This document shows positions 20,687-31,651 of a DNA stretch of 64,000 bases, in pieces. Both the position numbers and the translations under genes were made by a program. The stretch's first letter is position 1; the number at the start of each line of letters is the position of its first letter. The notes under the pieces are model-generated. The model searched no databases, was not told the DNA's origin, and was given only the letters and a program-made list of their open reading frames with translations. This stretch comes from Calditrichia bacterium (lineage in GTDB: Bacteria; Calditrichota; Calditrichia; RBG-13-44-9; J075): assembly GCA_020634975.1 (NCBI GenBank), contig JACKAQ010000001.1, forward strand, positions 1,774,857 through 1,838,856, read 5' to 3'.

Positions 20687-20962
20687 AAACTGTTGGCAGA
20701 TCGCCGCACATCAGCGGTGCCACAGCATCTGCAAGTGTCAGGCGATTTAACTTGCTGATTTTCTGAAAATAGACTTTTATGCAAACCATGTTTTCACATC
20801 AATTGTGGCAGGTATTTTGCTTTTTTCCAAAATTTTTTGCCACGCTTATTTTCATGATTATCAACATCTTAGATAAACGATCGGCGACTGGCAGCAGATT
20901 TGCCGATATCCACCGTTTGGTTTCGAAAATTAAAAATGACTGCCGGAAGGTTAAATAGATTT

Positions 20963-22381
20963 ATGTTCACCGCGAAAAATATCAAACTGATTGTTGCCAT
21001 TGCGATTCCCATTTTATCCTTTTTCTGCCGGCAACGGCAATTCCCATCGATAATTTGAGCATCATCGAGCAGCGGGTTATCGCCCTGTTTGTGATGGCAA
21101 CCCTGTTCTGGATTCTCGAACCGATTCCCGTTTTTGCCACTTCCGTGCTGATCATCGCGCTGGAATTATTCATGATGTCCGATAAAGTTTTCTGCTGTTC
21201 CAGAACACCGCCGGACTGGAAAATTTTGGCAAAGCGATCAGCTATAAAGCGATAATGGCAACATTCGCCTCGCCGATTATCCTGCTGTTTTTGGGTGGAT
21301 TTTTTCTGGCGATGGCCGCCACCAAATACCGGCTGGATGTGAACCTCGCCCGGTGCTGCTCAAACCGTTCGGCACAAATCCCCGATGGGTGCTGCTCGGG
21401 TTAATGGTGATAACTGCCGTATTTTCGATGTTTATGAGCAACACCGCCACCACCGCGATGATGTTGGCGCTGCTCACGCCCATCCTCGCTTCGCTGGATG
21501 ATGGCGACGCGGGCAAAGCCGCATTTGTGCTGGGCATTCCGTTTGCGGCAAATATCGGCGGGATCGGAACGCCCATCGGCACGCCGCCAAATGCGGTTGC
21601 ACTAAAATATCTCACCGGAAAATTTGCCATCGGTTTCGGCGAGTGGATGAGCTTTGCCGTGCCGTTTGTAATCGTGATGCTCATTTTCGCATGGCGATTG
21701 CTGCTCTTTTTGTTTCCGCCCCAATCACCAAAACTGGAACTGACCATCAAAAGCAAATTTCTTAAAAACTGGAAAGCCGTCACGGTTTACGCAACTTTTG
21801 TGATCACCATTTTGCTGTGGTTGCTGGACGGATTTCACGGGATGAATTCATACGTCGTCGCGATGATTCCGGTGGCGGTGTTCAGCGCATCGGGCATCAT
21901 CACCAAAGAAGATCTGAAGCTGATCAGTTGGGATGTGCTCTGGCTGGTTTCCGGCGGTATCGCGCTGGGTATGGCAATGGAGGAAACCGGTTTGGCAAAA
22001 AACCTCATCGAAAACATCCCGTTCGATACTTTCCCGGCGATTGCTATCGTGCTGTCCACCACGCTCATCGCGCTGCTGATGGCAACGTTCATGTCGCATA
22101 CGGCGACATCCAACCTGATTTTGCCGATCGTTTCAGCGCTGGGCGTGAATCTCGCCAGCCTCGAATTGTTTGGCGGCGGAAAAATGTTGATTCTGTCGGT
22201 CACTTTCGCCTGTTCGCTGGCAATGGCGCTGGCAATTTCCACACCGCCAAATGCGATGGCGCAGGCTACCGGACTCGTTCGCAGCGACCAGTTGATGAAA
22301 AGCGGGTTGACCATCAGCATCGTCGGGCTATTGGGTGTTTACCTGCTGATGTTTATATTGAAACAGATTGCATTTTTTTAA
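20963..22381 (+). pseudogene. DASS/SLC13-family anion:Na+ symporter, disrupted by at least 3 frameshifts
   Basis: The N-terminus (MFTAKNIKLIVAIAIPILSFF), the segment EPIPVFATSVLIIALELFMM, the segment AIMATFASPIILLFLGGFFLAMAATKYRLDVNLA and the 342-aa C-terminal ORF with its SNTATTAMMLAL signature lie in three different frames. Confidence 0.7.
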
Positions 22382-22481
22382 TGGTGTGAGTATACGATTT
22401 GTTGATAAACAGTGGCTTCGACTGGCTCAGCCGCCACAAAAGGAAATTTATCCTTTATCACTTATCCTTTGAAAAATTGAA

Positions 22482-23836
22482 ATGAAAGATTTCTACCAAC
22501 ATTTGAACCTGAACGTGCTGATCAGCGCCTATTTTTCCGATCCCGAACAGCGGATTAATCTGGAAAAAGGCGACTATCTGATGCGCGAAGGTGACTACAA
22601 CGACCGGCTGTTTCTGGTGTTGAAAGGTTCGCTTTCCGGTTATTTTAACGATCCGGACGGTCATTCGCGATTTTATTTCCGGCTGCAAAGCGGCATGTTT
22701 GCCGGTGTCTACAGCTTTTTTTCGCAGACATTTCGCAGCAGCACAACCATCATTGCGGATGAACCGGCGGAAGTGGCATTTATCGATCGTTCCCAAAAAC
22801 CGGTGCGGCTGGATAAAAAAGAGAGCATCTGCGAACAATTTATGCCGGTAGTGGCGGCGGATTTGGCGCATCGCCAGCAGTTGGCGCAACACATTTCATT
22901 CGAAAAACAGCAAACGCTCAAAAAACTGATCGAAACCGAAAAACTGGCGTCGCTCGGACAAATGGCTGCGGGCATTTCTCACGAATTGAATAACGCCGTT
23001 GCCGTGCTGCAGCGCGGCTCGCAATGGCTCAGCGAAAATCTGGCTGTGCTGATTCAAAATGAGCAGCAGAAACAATTTTTTGATGCCGGCAACCAACACG
23101 GGCGCCATCTTTCTACCCGGGATGTTCGCCAGCGGAAGCGCGAATTGCAGCAGCGATTCGGCATTTCCGACGACGCTGCGGAGCACTTTGCCGAAACCGG
23201 CGTTCCCGATGACCTGTTGCCTAAAAACCCAAAGAAATGGAGCGCGATGCGGCAATGTTGCATCACTGCTGGGAAATTGGTGCATCGCTGTGCGGGATGC
23301 GTTCGGCGGCCAATCACGCCACATATGTATCGCGATCGGTGAAAACACTCGGCGCACCGCACTCTTATCGCCGCAATGACGAAGATGTTAACGAAAGCAT
23401 TCGCGAAGGGCTGGCGCTGATGTATAGCCCGCTTCGTAAAATCAATGTGATCAACGATTTAAAAGAGCTGCCGCTGATCACGGCGAATCGCGGAGAACTG
23501 GTGCAGATCTGGATCAACCTGATCAAAAATGCCTGCGACAGCCTGTTCAGCGATCCTACGCCGAACCCGCGCATCGCCATCCGCAGCAGTTTTTCGGACA
23601 ACAACATTTGTGTGGAAGTCGAGGACAACGGACCGGGAATTCCGGAAGATATCCGGGCAAATATTTTCCAGCCCAATTTTACCACCAAAGTGGAAGGGTT
23701 GTCTTTCGGGCTCGGTTTGGGGCTGACAATTGTGCAACGGCTGGTGGATAGTTACAGCGGAAAAATTTCGGTAACGAGCAAGCCGGGAAAAACCGTTTTC
23801 AAAATTTTGCTGCCGGTTCCGGAATCAAATTTTTGA
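22482..23836 (+). CDS. sensor histidine kinase with N-terminal cyclic-nucleotide-binding-like domain (one frameshift)
   Basis: A cNMP-binding-like N-terminus ([13 protein letters not shown]...FAGVYSFF), a HisKA H-box (ISHELNNAV) and HATPase_c N/G boxes ([25 protein letters not shown]). The frame breaks near 23225-23240 at an aaaaacccaaag run. Confidence 0.7.
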
Positions 23837-23930
23837 CAGGATAATCCCGAAGGCAGTCCTTCGGAGCAGGATAGACAGGATTTTTGATTTCATCAACGCG
23901 CATCCGCAACAAACGCGACGGAAACCGGCG

Positions 23931-24443
23931 TTGAAATTATCGTATTACAGAGGTCAATCAATGGAAAAACCGGAAATCATTTGCGTAGACGACGAACGTG
24001 AAGTGCTGGCTGCGCTCAAACGCGATCTCGCCGGATTTAAGGATTACTGCAATTTGACGTATTGCGAATCCGCCGAAGAAGCGCAGGAAGTGCTGGAAGA
24101 TCTGGATGCCGAAGGCAGACCGGTCGCGCTGATCGTTTGCGACCACATTATGCCGGGCAAAAACGGGGTGGATTTTTTGATCGAACTGAACAAAGATTCG
24201 CGCTTTGCCCGAACCAAAAAGCTGCTGCTCACCGGACTGGCAACCCAGCAGGATACCATTCAAGCCATCAATCAGGCGCAGCTCGATCGCTACATCGAAA
24301 AACCGTGGGCTGCGGAATCGCTGATTCAGGTGATGAAAGTGCTGTTGACGGAATTTGTGGTTGGCGCGGGAATGGATTACAGCGACGCGATGGAGATTCT
24401 CGATCAGCCGACGCTTTACAAATTTTTGCGCCGCCAAACCTGA
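23931..24443 (+). CDS. stand-alone response regulator receiver protein
   Basis: CheY-like REC domain (IICVDDE...LIVCDHIMPGKNG...KPW) with a short C-terminal tail. The probable start is at 23961. Confidence 0.75.
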   Translation: MKLSYYRGQSMEKPEIICVDDEREVLAALKRDLAGFKDYCNLTYCESAEEAQEVLEDLDAEGRPVALIVCDHIMPGKNGVDFLIELNKDSRFARTKKLLLTGLATQQDTIQAINQAQLDRYIEKPWAAESLIQVMKVLLTEFVVGAGMDYSDAMEILDQPTLYKFLRRQT

Positions 24444-24506
24444 CCGTTGCATCCTGAGCGGCGTTGGAAATGCGTATCGAAAGGTGCAAAAACACTTCTT
24501 CCCAAA

Positions 24507-24678
24507 AAGAAAAACGGGAAACCGCCGCCGCCTGTATTGTGCGATTTCCCGCCTTTAGAGATATGAGTTCTATTTTATTGCTGCCCAAAACCGGACAGTG
24601 CATCTTTTTTTAAGAAAACGGGAAACCGCCGCCGCCTGTAAATTTGCAGTTTCCCGCATCAGAGATATGAGTTCTATA
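24507..24678. repeat. two ~67 bp direct repeats (~85% identical, 105 bp period), each with an internal hairpin
   Basis: Copy A lies at 24507-24573 and copy B at 24612-24678. The core is aagaaaacgggaaaccgccgccgcctgta...tttcccgc...agagatatgagttctat, with stem CGGGAAA(C)/(G)TTTCCCG. On the minus strand each hairpin is followed by a T-rich tract. Confidence 0.7.
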
Positions 24679-25899
24679 TTGTCGCAGAGATTCCGTTTTC
24701 TGCAGGTTGTGTTGATTGTGTTCAACGTTCAACCTGAGATAAATATAGCGGAAAAAAGTGCGGTTTTCCATGCCCCAAAAGGGGGATTTTTCAATCGGGA
24801 AGCTGCTATTTTTTTGTTTTTGAACTGACCCCGCCAATTGCGCCACAGATTCAAGCACCATTTCCGGCGAAATTTCCCGCATGCAGCGAAAGTGCCCTTT
24901 GGGGCAGGTGGCTTTGCCGATATGACTGCACGGCCGGCAATTCAGCCCGCTATTTTCCACAATTGCGGCGTTTGGGTTGATCGGAAAAAATCCCAGCTCG
25001 CGGGTGGTGGAGCCGAAAATGGCGATTTGCGGCACAGCGAAAGCGGCGGCGGCGTGCATCAATCCGGAATCGTTGCTGATGAACAACGGCGTTTGGCTGA
25101 TCGCGCCGAATGTTTCGGTCAGCGATAATTCCCCGGCGATGTTTTCTGTGCAATCTGCACCTGCAGCCAAAATTTCCGCGCAAATGTCCCGCTCATCCGG
25201 TCCGCCAACCAGCAGCGTTCGCCAGCCGAAATCGGCGTGCAACCGGCGAATCAGCGCGGCGTAATTTTCCGGCAGCCAGCGTTTGGTGAAATGCCGGGCG
25301 CCCGGCGCCATCAGCACGTGAATGCCGTTTTCCCGCCAGTTTTGCCAGCGCGTATCCGTTGCTTTGCGGATCTCCGGTGAGAGATGCAGTTCGGTTTTTG
25401 TGTCGCGAATGTCCGTGCCGAGCGGCGCTGCGGCGCGCAAATATTTCTCCGCGACAGATGGCACATTGCCGTAAATTTTCGTATACCAGTTGATCTTGTA
25501 ATTCACCAGCAAATGCCGCAACACTTTGTTTTTTCTCATCTTGAGAACTAACTTCGCACCGCTGAACAGCCGCAGCCAGAAGCTGCGCAAATTGCCCTGC
25601 AAATCGAGAATCACATCGTATCCCGTCGCGCGGATGCGCAGTTTTTCCAGCGAAAGCGCGCCCTTTTTCCGAACGTCAATTTCGATGAGATTGGAAATAT
25701 GCGGATTTGCCCGCAGCACGTCCGCAAATTCCCGGCGAATCAAAAAGTCGATTTGCGCATCGGGAAATGTTTCGCGGAGCTGGCGGATCACCGGCGTTGT
25801 CAAAATCACGTCGCCGATGGAGCTCATGCGGATAATCAGTATTTTTCGGGGTTCTGGCATTTGGTGAATTGAAAATGGGCGGACAATTTGCCCGCCCAA
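24610..25899 (-). CDS. glycosyltransferase family 9 (heptosyltransferase-like)
   Basis: GT9 N-terminal motif (ILIIRMSSIGDVILTTP) and C-terminal GT-B region (FISNDSGLMHAAAAF). The last roughly 70 aa of the ORF read through the repeat pair and look non-native. Confidence 0.7.
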   Translation of the reverse strand: MGGQIVRPFSIHQMPEPRKILIIRMSSIGDVILTTPVIRQLRETFPDAQIDFLIRREFADVLRANPHISNLIEIDVRKKGALSLEKLRIRATGYDVILDLQGNLRSFWLRLFSGAKLVLKMRKNKVLRHLLVNYKINWYTKIYGNVPSVAEKYLRAAAPLGTDIRDTKTELHLSPEIRKATDTRWQNWRENGIHVLMAPGARHFTKRWLPENYAALIRRLHADFGWRTLLVGGPDERDICAEILAAGADCTENIAGELSLTETFGAISQTPLFISNDSGLMHAAAAFAVPQIAIFGSTTRELGFFPINPNAAIVENSGLNCRPCSHIGKATCPKGHFRCMREISPEMVLESVAQLAGSVQKQKNSSFPIEKSPFWGMENRTFFRYIYLRLNVEHNQHNLQKTESLRQYRTHISDAGNCKFTGGGGFPFS

Positions 25900-25917
25900 A
25901 GTTGGTTTGTCGTAAAT

Positions 25918-27094
25918 TTATCCGGCTGTTTCCGGCGTCATATCGATCGAATATTTTTTGACCAGGTCGCGGGCGATCACCAGTCGCAGCACTTCGGAGG
26001 TGCTTCGCCGATGGTGCCGAGTTTGGCATCGCGGTAATATTTTTCCACTGGATATTCCTTAATGTATCCGTAACCGCCAAACACCTGAATGGCTTCGTTG
26101 GCAACGCGAACCGCCACTTCGCTGGCGTACAGCTTGCCCATCGCAGATTCCAGGCTAACGTTTTTGCCGTTGTCTTTCATCGATGCGGCACGCATGATCA
26201 GCAATCGCGCGGCGTCAACTTCCACTGCCATATCGGCCAGTTTCATTTTGATGGCCTGGAACTGGTGGATTTTTTTGCCGAACGCCGAGCGTTCCTGCGC
26301 ATAGCGAACCGCGTGCTCGAACGCGCCACGGGCAATGCCCACGCACATCGCGCCGATGCTGATGCGCCGCCGTCGAGAATTTTCAGCGAATCGAAATAGC
26401 CGTGTCCCTCTTTGCCGAGGCGATTGGCAACCGGCACGCGGCAGTCTTCCAGAAACAATTCTGCGGTGTCGCTGGCGCGCATGCCGAGCTTGTCCATCGG
26501 CGCACCAACGGTGAATCCGGGTGTGCCATCGTCAATCACAAACGCGCTGATGCCTGCCTTCCCGCCCTCGGGATCGGTTTTGGCCATCACCACATGCGCT
26601 TTGGAATAATTGGGATTGGTGATAAAGGTTTTCGAACCGTTCAGCACGTAAAAATCACCGTCCCGACGCGCAACGGTTTTCAGCCCGAATGCGTCGCTGC
26701 CGCCGCTCGGTTCGGTGAGCGCCCACGATGCCAGCGATTCGCCGGAGGTGAGCATCGGCATGTATTTGCGGCGCTGCTCTTCCGATCCGTTGGTGAAAAT
26801 ATGGTTGCTGCCCAGCGAATTGTGCGCCGCAACGGATAGCGCAATCGACGGGTCAACCGCGGCAATTTCCTCAATAATCAGCGCGTATTCGATGTAACCC
26901 ATTCCCGAACCGCCGTATTGTTCGGGATAAAAAACGCCCAGCAAACCGAGTTCACCCATTTCTTTCATCAAATGTTTGGGGAACGTTTTGCTGTTATCGA
27001 ATTCCATCACATGCGGCGCGATGCGCTCCTGCGCAAATGCCCGCACCATATTCCTGATGGAAATTTGGTCGTCTGTCAATTCAAAATTCATCAT
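25918..27094 (-). CDS. acyl-CoA dehydrogenase, interrupted by two frameshifts
   Basis: N-terminal and middle ACAD domains (LTEPSGGSDAFGLKT...), a C-terminal helical domain in a second frame (FGGYGYIKEYPVEKYYRDAKL) and the final segment (GTSEVLRLVIARDLVKKYS) in a third frame. Confidence 0.7.
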
Positions 27095-27530
27095 GAAACG
27101 GGATCTCCTGTCATTGAATTTTCACAACTGTCGCGAAACGAATCAAAATATAATAGACAATCTCGCAGCACAACGCTTTATTAAAAATCACAGCCATCGA
27201 AAGCAACGGTTTTTATGATCGATAGCGAGCCCGCAGCGCATGAGCGCAAAGAATTTTTGTAACGATCCAGCCGCGGATAAACACGGATGAATCGTATGTT
27301 TATCAATCATTTACAGAATTTGTGTTCCGCAATCATTTTTGACAACCCGTATGCATTTGGGCAAACAATCGGTTTTCGAAGCTTCTGTTTGTATTATAGT
27401 GAATCATAATCCGCGTTTATCTGCGAAAATCTGCGGCTGAAATAGTTACTTCTCATTTGAATTTCGCCGGGTTATCGATATATTCTTTGCTGAATACAAC
27501 AATAGATGATGAAGTAAACGAGGCAATTTC

Positions 27531-30072
27531 ATGGCAAAATCCCGCAAAAAAACGGCGCAGCAATCCAAAAGCAACAGCGCCGAAATTCTGCAAGGCAAAT
27601 CCCCGAGCACTCTTTCGGAAACGCTGAATGAGAACCGCACCGCGCTCATTTTTTTCGGCGTGGTATTTTTGGCGATCATCATTTTATACAAACCGATCGT
27701 TTTCGACGGGCTGGATTCCAGCGGCAGCGACGTAATTTCAAACATCGGCAACACCAAAGCCGCCAAAGATTTTGAGAAACAGCTCGGCGAACGCTCACTC
27801 TGGAATCCGAATATGTTTTCCGGGATGCCGTATTACCACCGCCACAACGCTGCAAGCTGGTCGATCGATACGATTATCAACAAAATTGATCCGCTGCTGG
27901 ACTGGCGAATCTGGTATCTCTGGCTCGGCGCGATCGGCATGTTTTTGCTGATGCGATATTTGGGACTGAGCGCCATTTCCGGGATGATGGCCGCGTTTGC
28001 GTTCATCCTGTTGCCGCATTCGCATGCGCTGATTGTGGTCGGGCATTTTTCCAAATTGCGGGCGCTGGTGTGGATGCCGTATATCATGATCACTTTTTTG
28101 ATGCTGCTGCGCCGGCGCGATCTGCTGAGCATGCTGCTGTTTGCCGCCGCATTTGCGCTGCAACTGCGCACCCAGCACTACCAGATTGTGTTTTACACAA
28201 TGCTGCTGATGGCTTTCATCGGGTTTTGGCCGTATCTGAAACTGCTCATCGACAAAAAAACCGGCGATTTTCTCAAATTTAACGGATTGTTCATCGGCGC
28301 GATTGCGCTGGTGGTGCTCATTGTGGCGCAACCACTGTTTGTCACAGGCGATTACACGCCGTATTCCACCCGTGGCGGCAACGCAGTCAACATTTTTGAA
28401 GATATTTCCCAACAAGATAAAAAAGGCGTGGGCTTCGATTACGCCACCAACTGGTCGTACACGCTGGCGGAATTCTGGAATCTGGTGATTCCCAAATTCC
28501 ACGGCGGCACATCGGACGAAGGTATTCGCGTGCCGCAGCTCAACAATCAGCAAATTCCGGCGTATTGGGGCGATCTGCCGTTTACGCAATCGTATGAATA
28601 CATGGGCGTTTTGGTGGCGCTGCTGGCGCTGCTCGGCATCATTTTTTGCTGGAAAGATACGCTGGTTCGCAGCATCTCGCTCCTCACGTTGATGGCGCTG
28701 CTGCTCTCGCTCGGTAAACATTTTGCGCCGCTTTACAAATTATTTTTCTATTACTTGCCCTATTTCGACAAATTTCGCGTTCCCATGATGATCCTCACGC
28801 TGGTGTCTTTCAACGCGATTGTGCTGGCGGGATACGGTTTGAATTATCTGTTGACAACCGATTGGGACGCCGCAAAAACCAAAAATTTCTACCTGATTTT
28901 GGGGATTTGCGTTGTTGATGGCTTCGCCGCTGCTGTTTGGCGGCAGCCTGTCGCTGAGCAGCGCGAACGAATTTGCCCAGTACGCCCAGCGTTTCGGCGA
29001 GCAGCAGACGCAGCAATTGATTGATATTTTCCGCGAAGCCCGGCTGGAAGTGCTCCGCGAATCGACGATGCGCACCCTTTTCATCGTGTTGCTCGGCGGT
29101 GCCTGCATGTGGATGATGGTTCGCAACAGCGGAAAAAATGCCGTTTGGGGGCTGGCGCTGGTACTGCTCGTCACGGTGGATTTGGGCTGGATTTCCATCA
29201 ACTATCTTGACGGTAAATTTGTCGATCTCAAACGCGAAGAACAGCAGCGTTACGGAATGAACGCGATTGATCGCCTCATTTTGCAGGATAAATCGATGTT
29301 CCGGGTAGTGCCGCCGCTGCGAGTGCTCGCCAGCGATTCGCGCTGGCAATATTACCACCAGTCGATTGGCGGCTATTCGCCGGCAAAACCGCAGGTCGCG
29401 CAGGATATCATCACCAACAATTTAATTGATCGAACCAATCCGCAACTGCCGCTCAATTTGCGGGTGATCAGCATGCTCAATGCCAAATACATCATTTCTC
29501 AACAGCAATATAATTCGCCGGAGCTTACTTTTGTCGGCGCGGATCAGCAGCAAAATTTATTCCTTTACCGCAACAACGATGTGTTGCCGCGCGCCTTTTT
29601 TGTGGACAGCACCACCGTTATCAGCGACGGGGTGGAGCGCCTCAGATTCATGAACACGGCTGCGTTCGATCCGGCAACACTGGCGATCTTGGAAGCACCG
29701 CTGGATCAGCCAATTTCAGCACCGGACAGCAGTTCTGCCAGCGTCAAATTTTTCTCGCCAAACAAAGTAGAATTTGATGTTTACACGGATAAAACCGCGC
29801 TGCTGGTGGTCTCCGAAGTGTATTATCCGAAAGGATGGAAAGCCACGCTGGAAACCGGCGAAGAATTGCAGATTCACAAAACCAACCACATTTTGCGCTC
29901 GGTGGTGATACCCGCAGGCAACCACACGCTAACGATGACCTTTGAGCCGTCCACCTATTACACGAGCATCACCTATTCGTGGATTGGCTGGATAGTTGTG
30001 TATCTCGGCCTGGCGTTTTTCGGATTTCAATATTATCAACATCGCCAAAAACCGGAAGAAACAACTGCATAG
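27531..30072 (+). CDS. YfhO-family polytopic membrane protein (one frameshift)
   Basis: Two overlapping ORFs that together reconstruct a YfhO-like protein of about 840 aa with many TM helices. The frame switches near 28905-28930. Confidence 0.6.
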
Positions 30073-30099
30073 AACATCCTGTTTTTACTGAAATTGCAA

Positions 30100-30133
30100 A
30101 CGCCCGGGCAATCGCTGTCCGGGCGTTTTTTTT
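30100..30133 (+). terminator. intrinsic terminator downstream of the YfhO gene
   Basis: Stem acgcccgg / ccgggcgt, an 11-nt loop, then T8. Confidence 0.7.
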
Positions 30134-30277
30134 GCCATCGGTTTTACGGTAACTGCACCAATTTTGGAAAGTCTTGCAATTGTGAAAGATAGCCGTTATA
30201 CTATTTTAAGGACGTTGGTAAACAGACCAATATCCTGAAATTTTCCACTTTTCACCAACCCCAAAAGGAGGACGCTC

Positions 30278-30481
30278 ATGTCTGTCGCAAAAGTATCGGA
30301 AATTATTTGCAGCTCGGATAAAAGCTTTGAAGATGCCATCAAAACTGGTGTCAAACGCGCATCGAAAACGCTGAAAAATATCCGTGGTGCATGGGTAAAG
30401 GATCAGCAACTGGTTATCGATAACGGCAAAGTTACCGAATACCGCGTCACGCTGAAAGTGACGTTTGTGCTGAACGATTGA
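30278..30481 (+). CDS. dodecin-family flavin-binding protein
   Basis: 67 aa and colinear with dodecins (VSEIICSSDKSFEDAIKTGVKRASKTLKNIRGAWV...). Confidence 0.7.
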   Translation: MSVAKVSEIICSSDKSFEDAIKTGVKRASKTLKNIRGAWVKDQQLVIDNGKVTEYRVTLKVTFVLND

Positions 30482-30501
30482 TCGTTTTTGCATATTTGAA
30501 T

Positions 30502-30539
30502 AAAAAAAGCTGCCGTAATTTTGGCAGCTTTTTGTTTTT
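30502..30539. terminator. bidirectional intrinsic terminator between dodecin (+) and the SRPBCC gene (-)
   Basis: Stem aaagctgcc / ggcagcttt with an 8-nt loop. It is flanked by A7 upstream and a T-tract downstream. Confidence 0.7.
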
Positions 30540-30582
30540 GTGGATAAATTTCGGTGATTTTCGCAGATGCAGGAATAACAAA

Positions 30583-31032
30583 TTAGTTTTCAGATTCAGA
30601 CAATTCCTTCACTTTTTGCAGCGCTTTTTCCCAGGTTGTTTTGAACCAGTCGATATACGATTCCTCAATTCCCTGTTCGATAAACAGGGTGGAAATCCCG
30701 TTTTTTGATTCCAGACGATAGGTTTCCGTTGTGCCTGCCCATTTTTCGACAGTTTCACCTTCAAACACTTCTTCGCCATTTTTTAGCACGCCGTAATGCT
30801 CAAGAACAATGATTTTTCCCGGATTGTGTCGGACAACTTTGCTGATCATTCCACCGCCCTCCGGCGTTTTGAACAGCGCTTTGCTGCCTTCTTTCCAGTC
30901 GGTTTCCGCATACGATCCGGGATGAAACACCGATGTCCACACGCGATACGTTTTGTCCGCCAGCAGCACATCCCAGATTTTTTCCGGCGTTGCCGCGATA
31001 TCTATCGACCACTTAAGCATCCATTTTTTCAC
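30583..31032 (-). CDS. SRPBCC-superfamily (AHSA1/activator-of-Hsp90-ATPase-like) protein
   Basis: 149 aa with an AHSA1-like fold signature (WSIDIAATPEKIWDVLLADKTYRVW...). Confidence 0.6.
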   Translation of the reverse strand: MKKWMLKWSIDIAATPEKIWDVLLADKTYRVWTSVFHPGSYAETDWKEGSKALFKTPEGGGMISKVVRHNPGKIIVLEHYGVLKNGEEVFEGETVEKWAGTTETYRLESKNGISTLFIEQGIEESYIDWFKTTWEKALQKVKELSESEN

Positions 31033-31035
31033 GAC

Positions 31036-31443
31036 TTACTCCTTTGGAATTGCAGATTGATCCATATACATCACTTCCCATTGGTGCCCGTCCAGATCTG
31101 CGAAACTGTGCTGATACATCCACCCGTGATCCTGCGCAGGCATGTAAGTGGTGCCGCCGCCGGCGACTGCGTTATTCACTATTTCGTCTACCTCTTCCCG
31201 ACTGGCGCAATCCAACGCAATCAACACTTCAGTGCTTTTCGTCGCATCGCAGATTTCTTTTTTGGTAAACTGGCTGAATTTCGGCTTGGTCAGCAGCATC
31301 GCAAAAATATTATCCGCGATAATCATGCAGGTTGCCGTTTCATCCGTAAATTTCGGGTTGAAAGTGAACCCGAGTTTGGTAAAAAATTCAATCGATTTAT
31401 TTAAATCCTGTACTGGCAAATTCACAAAAATCTGGGTCGCCAT
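31036..31443 (-). CDS. VOC-family (glyoxalase/PhnB-like) protein
   Basis: Preceded by an AGGAGG Shine-Dalgarno 6 bp upstream of the ATG at 31443. PhnB-like VOC fold (MATQIFVNLPVQDLNKSIEFFTKLGF). The ORF caller's longer 31524 start is unlikely. Confidence 0.6.
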   Translation of the reverse strand: MATQIFVNLPVQDLNKSIEFFTKLGFTFNPKFTDETATCMIIADNIFAMLLTKPKFSQFTKKEICDATKSTEVLIALDCASREEVDEIVNNAVAGGGTTYMPAQDHGWMYQHSFADLDGHQWEVMYMDQSAIPKE

Positions 31444-31651
31444 CTTACCTCCTGAATGTTTAAAATGTTCGAATAATTGTAAAATCCGGTTGATCAACCA
31501 ACCGGATAAAATATAATTCAGCATTTACTGTTTTGCGTTGTGCAAAAACGACAATCTACAGGGTTGATTACGACAGAAAATCTGGTTAGATTTTTACACT
31601 CGATATCCGGTTTTCAATTTTATTGAAACGTTAATCCGAAAGGTTTATTCG

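Noticed and set aside
24507-24678. CRISPR array candidate (direct repeats)
   Set aside because: Only two copies are present, they are about 85% identical, the spacer is about 40 bp and no further units or cas genes are present. They read better as a tandem terminator-like repeat.
27795-28721. 308 aa minus-strand ORF inside the YfhO gene
   Set aside because: It is antisense to the membrane protein. Its Arg/His/Gln-rich composition is typical of a reverse-strand artefact.
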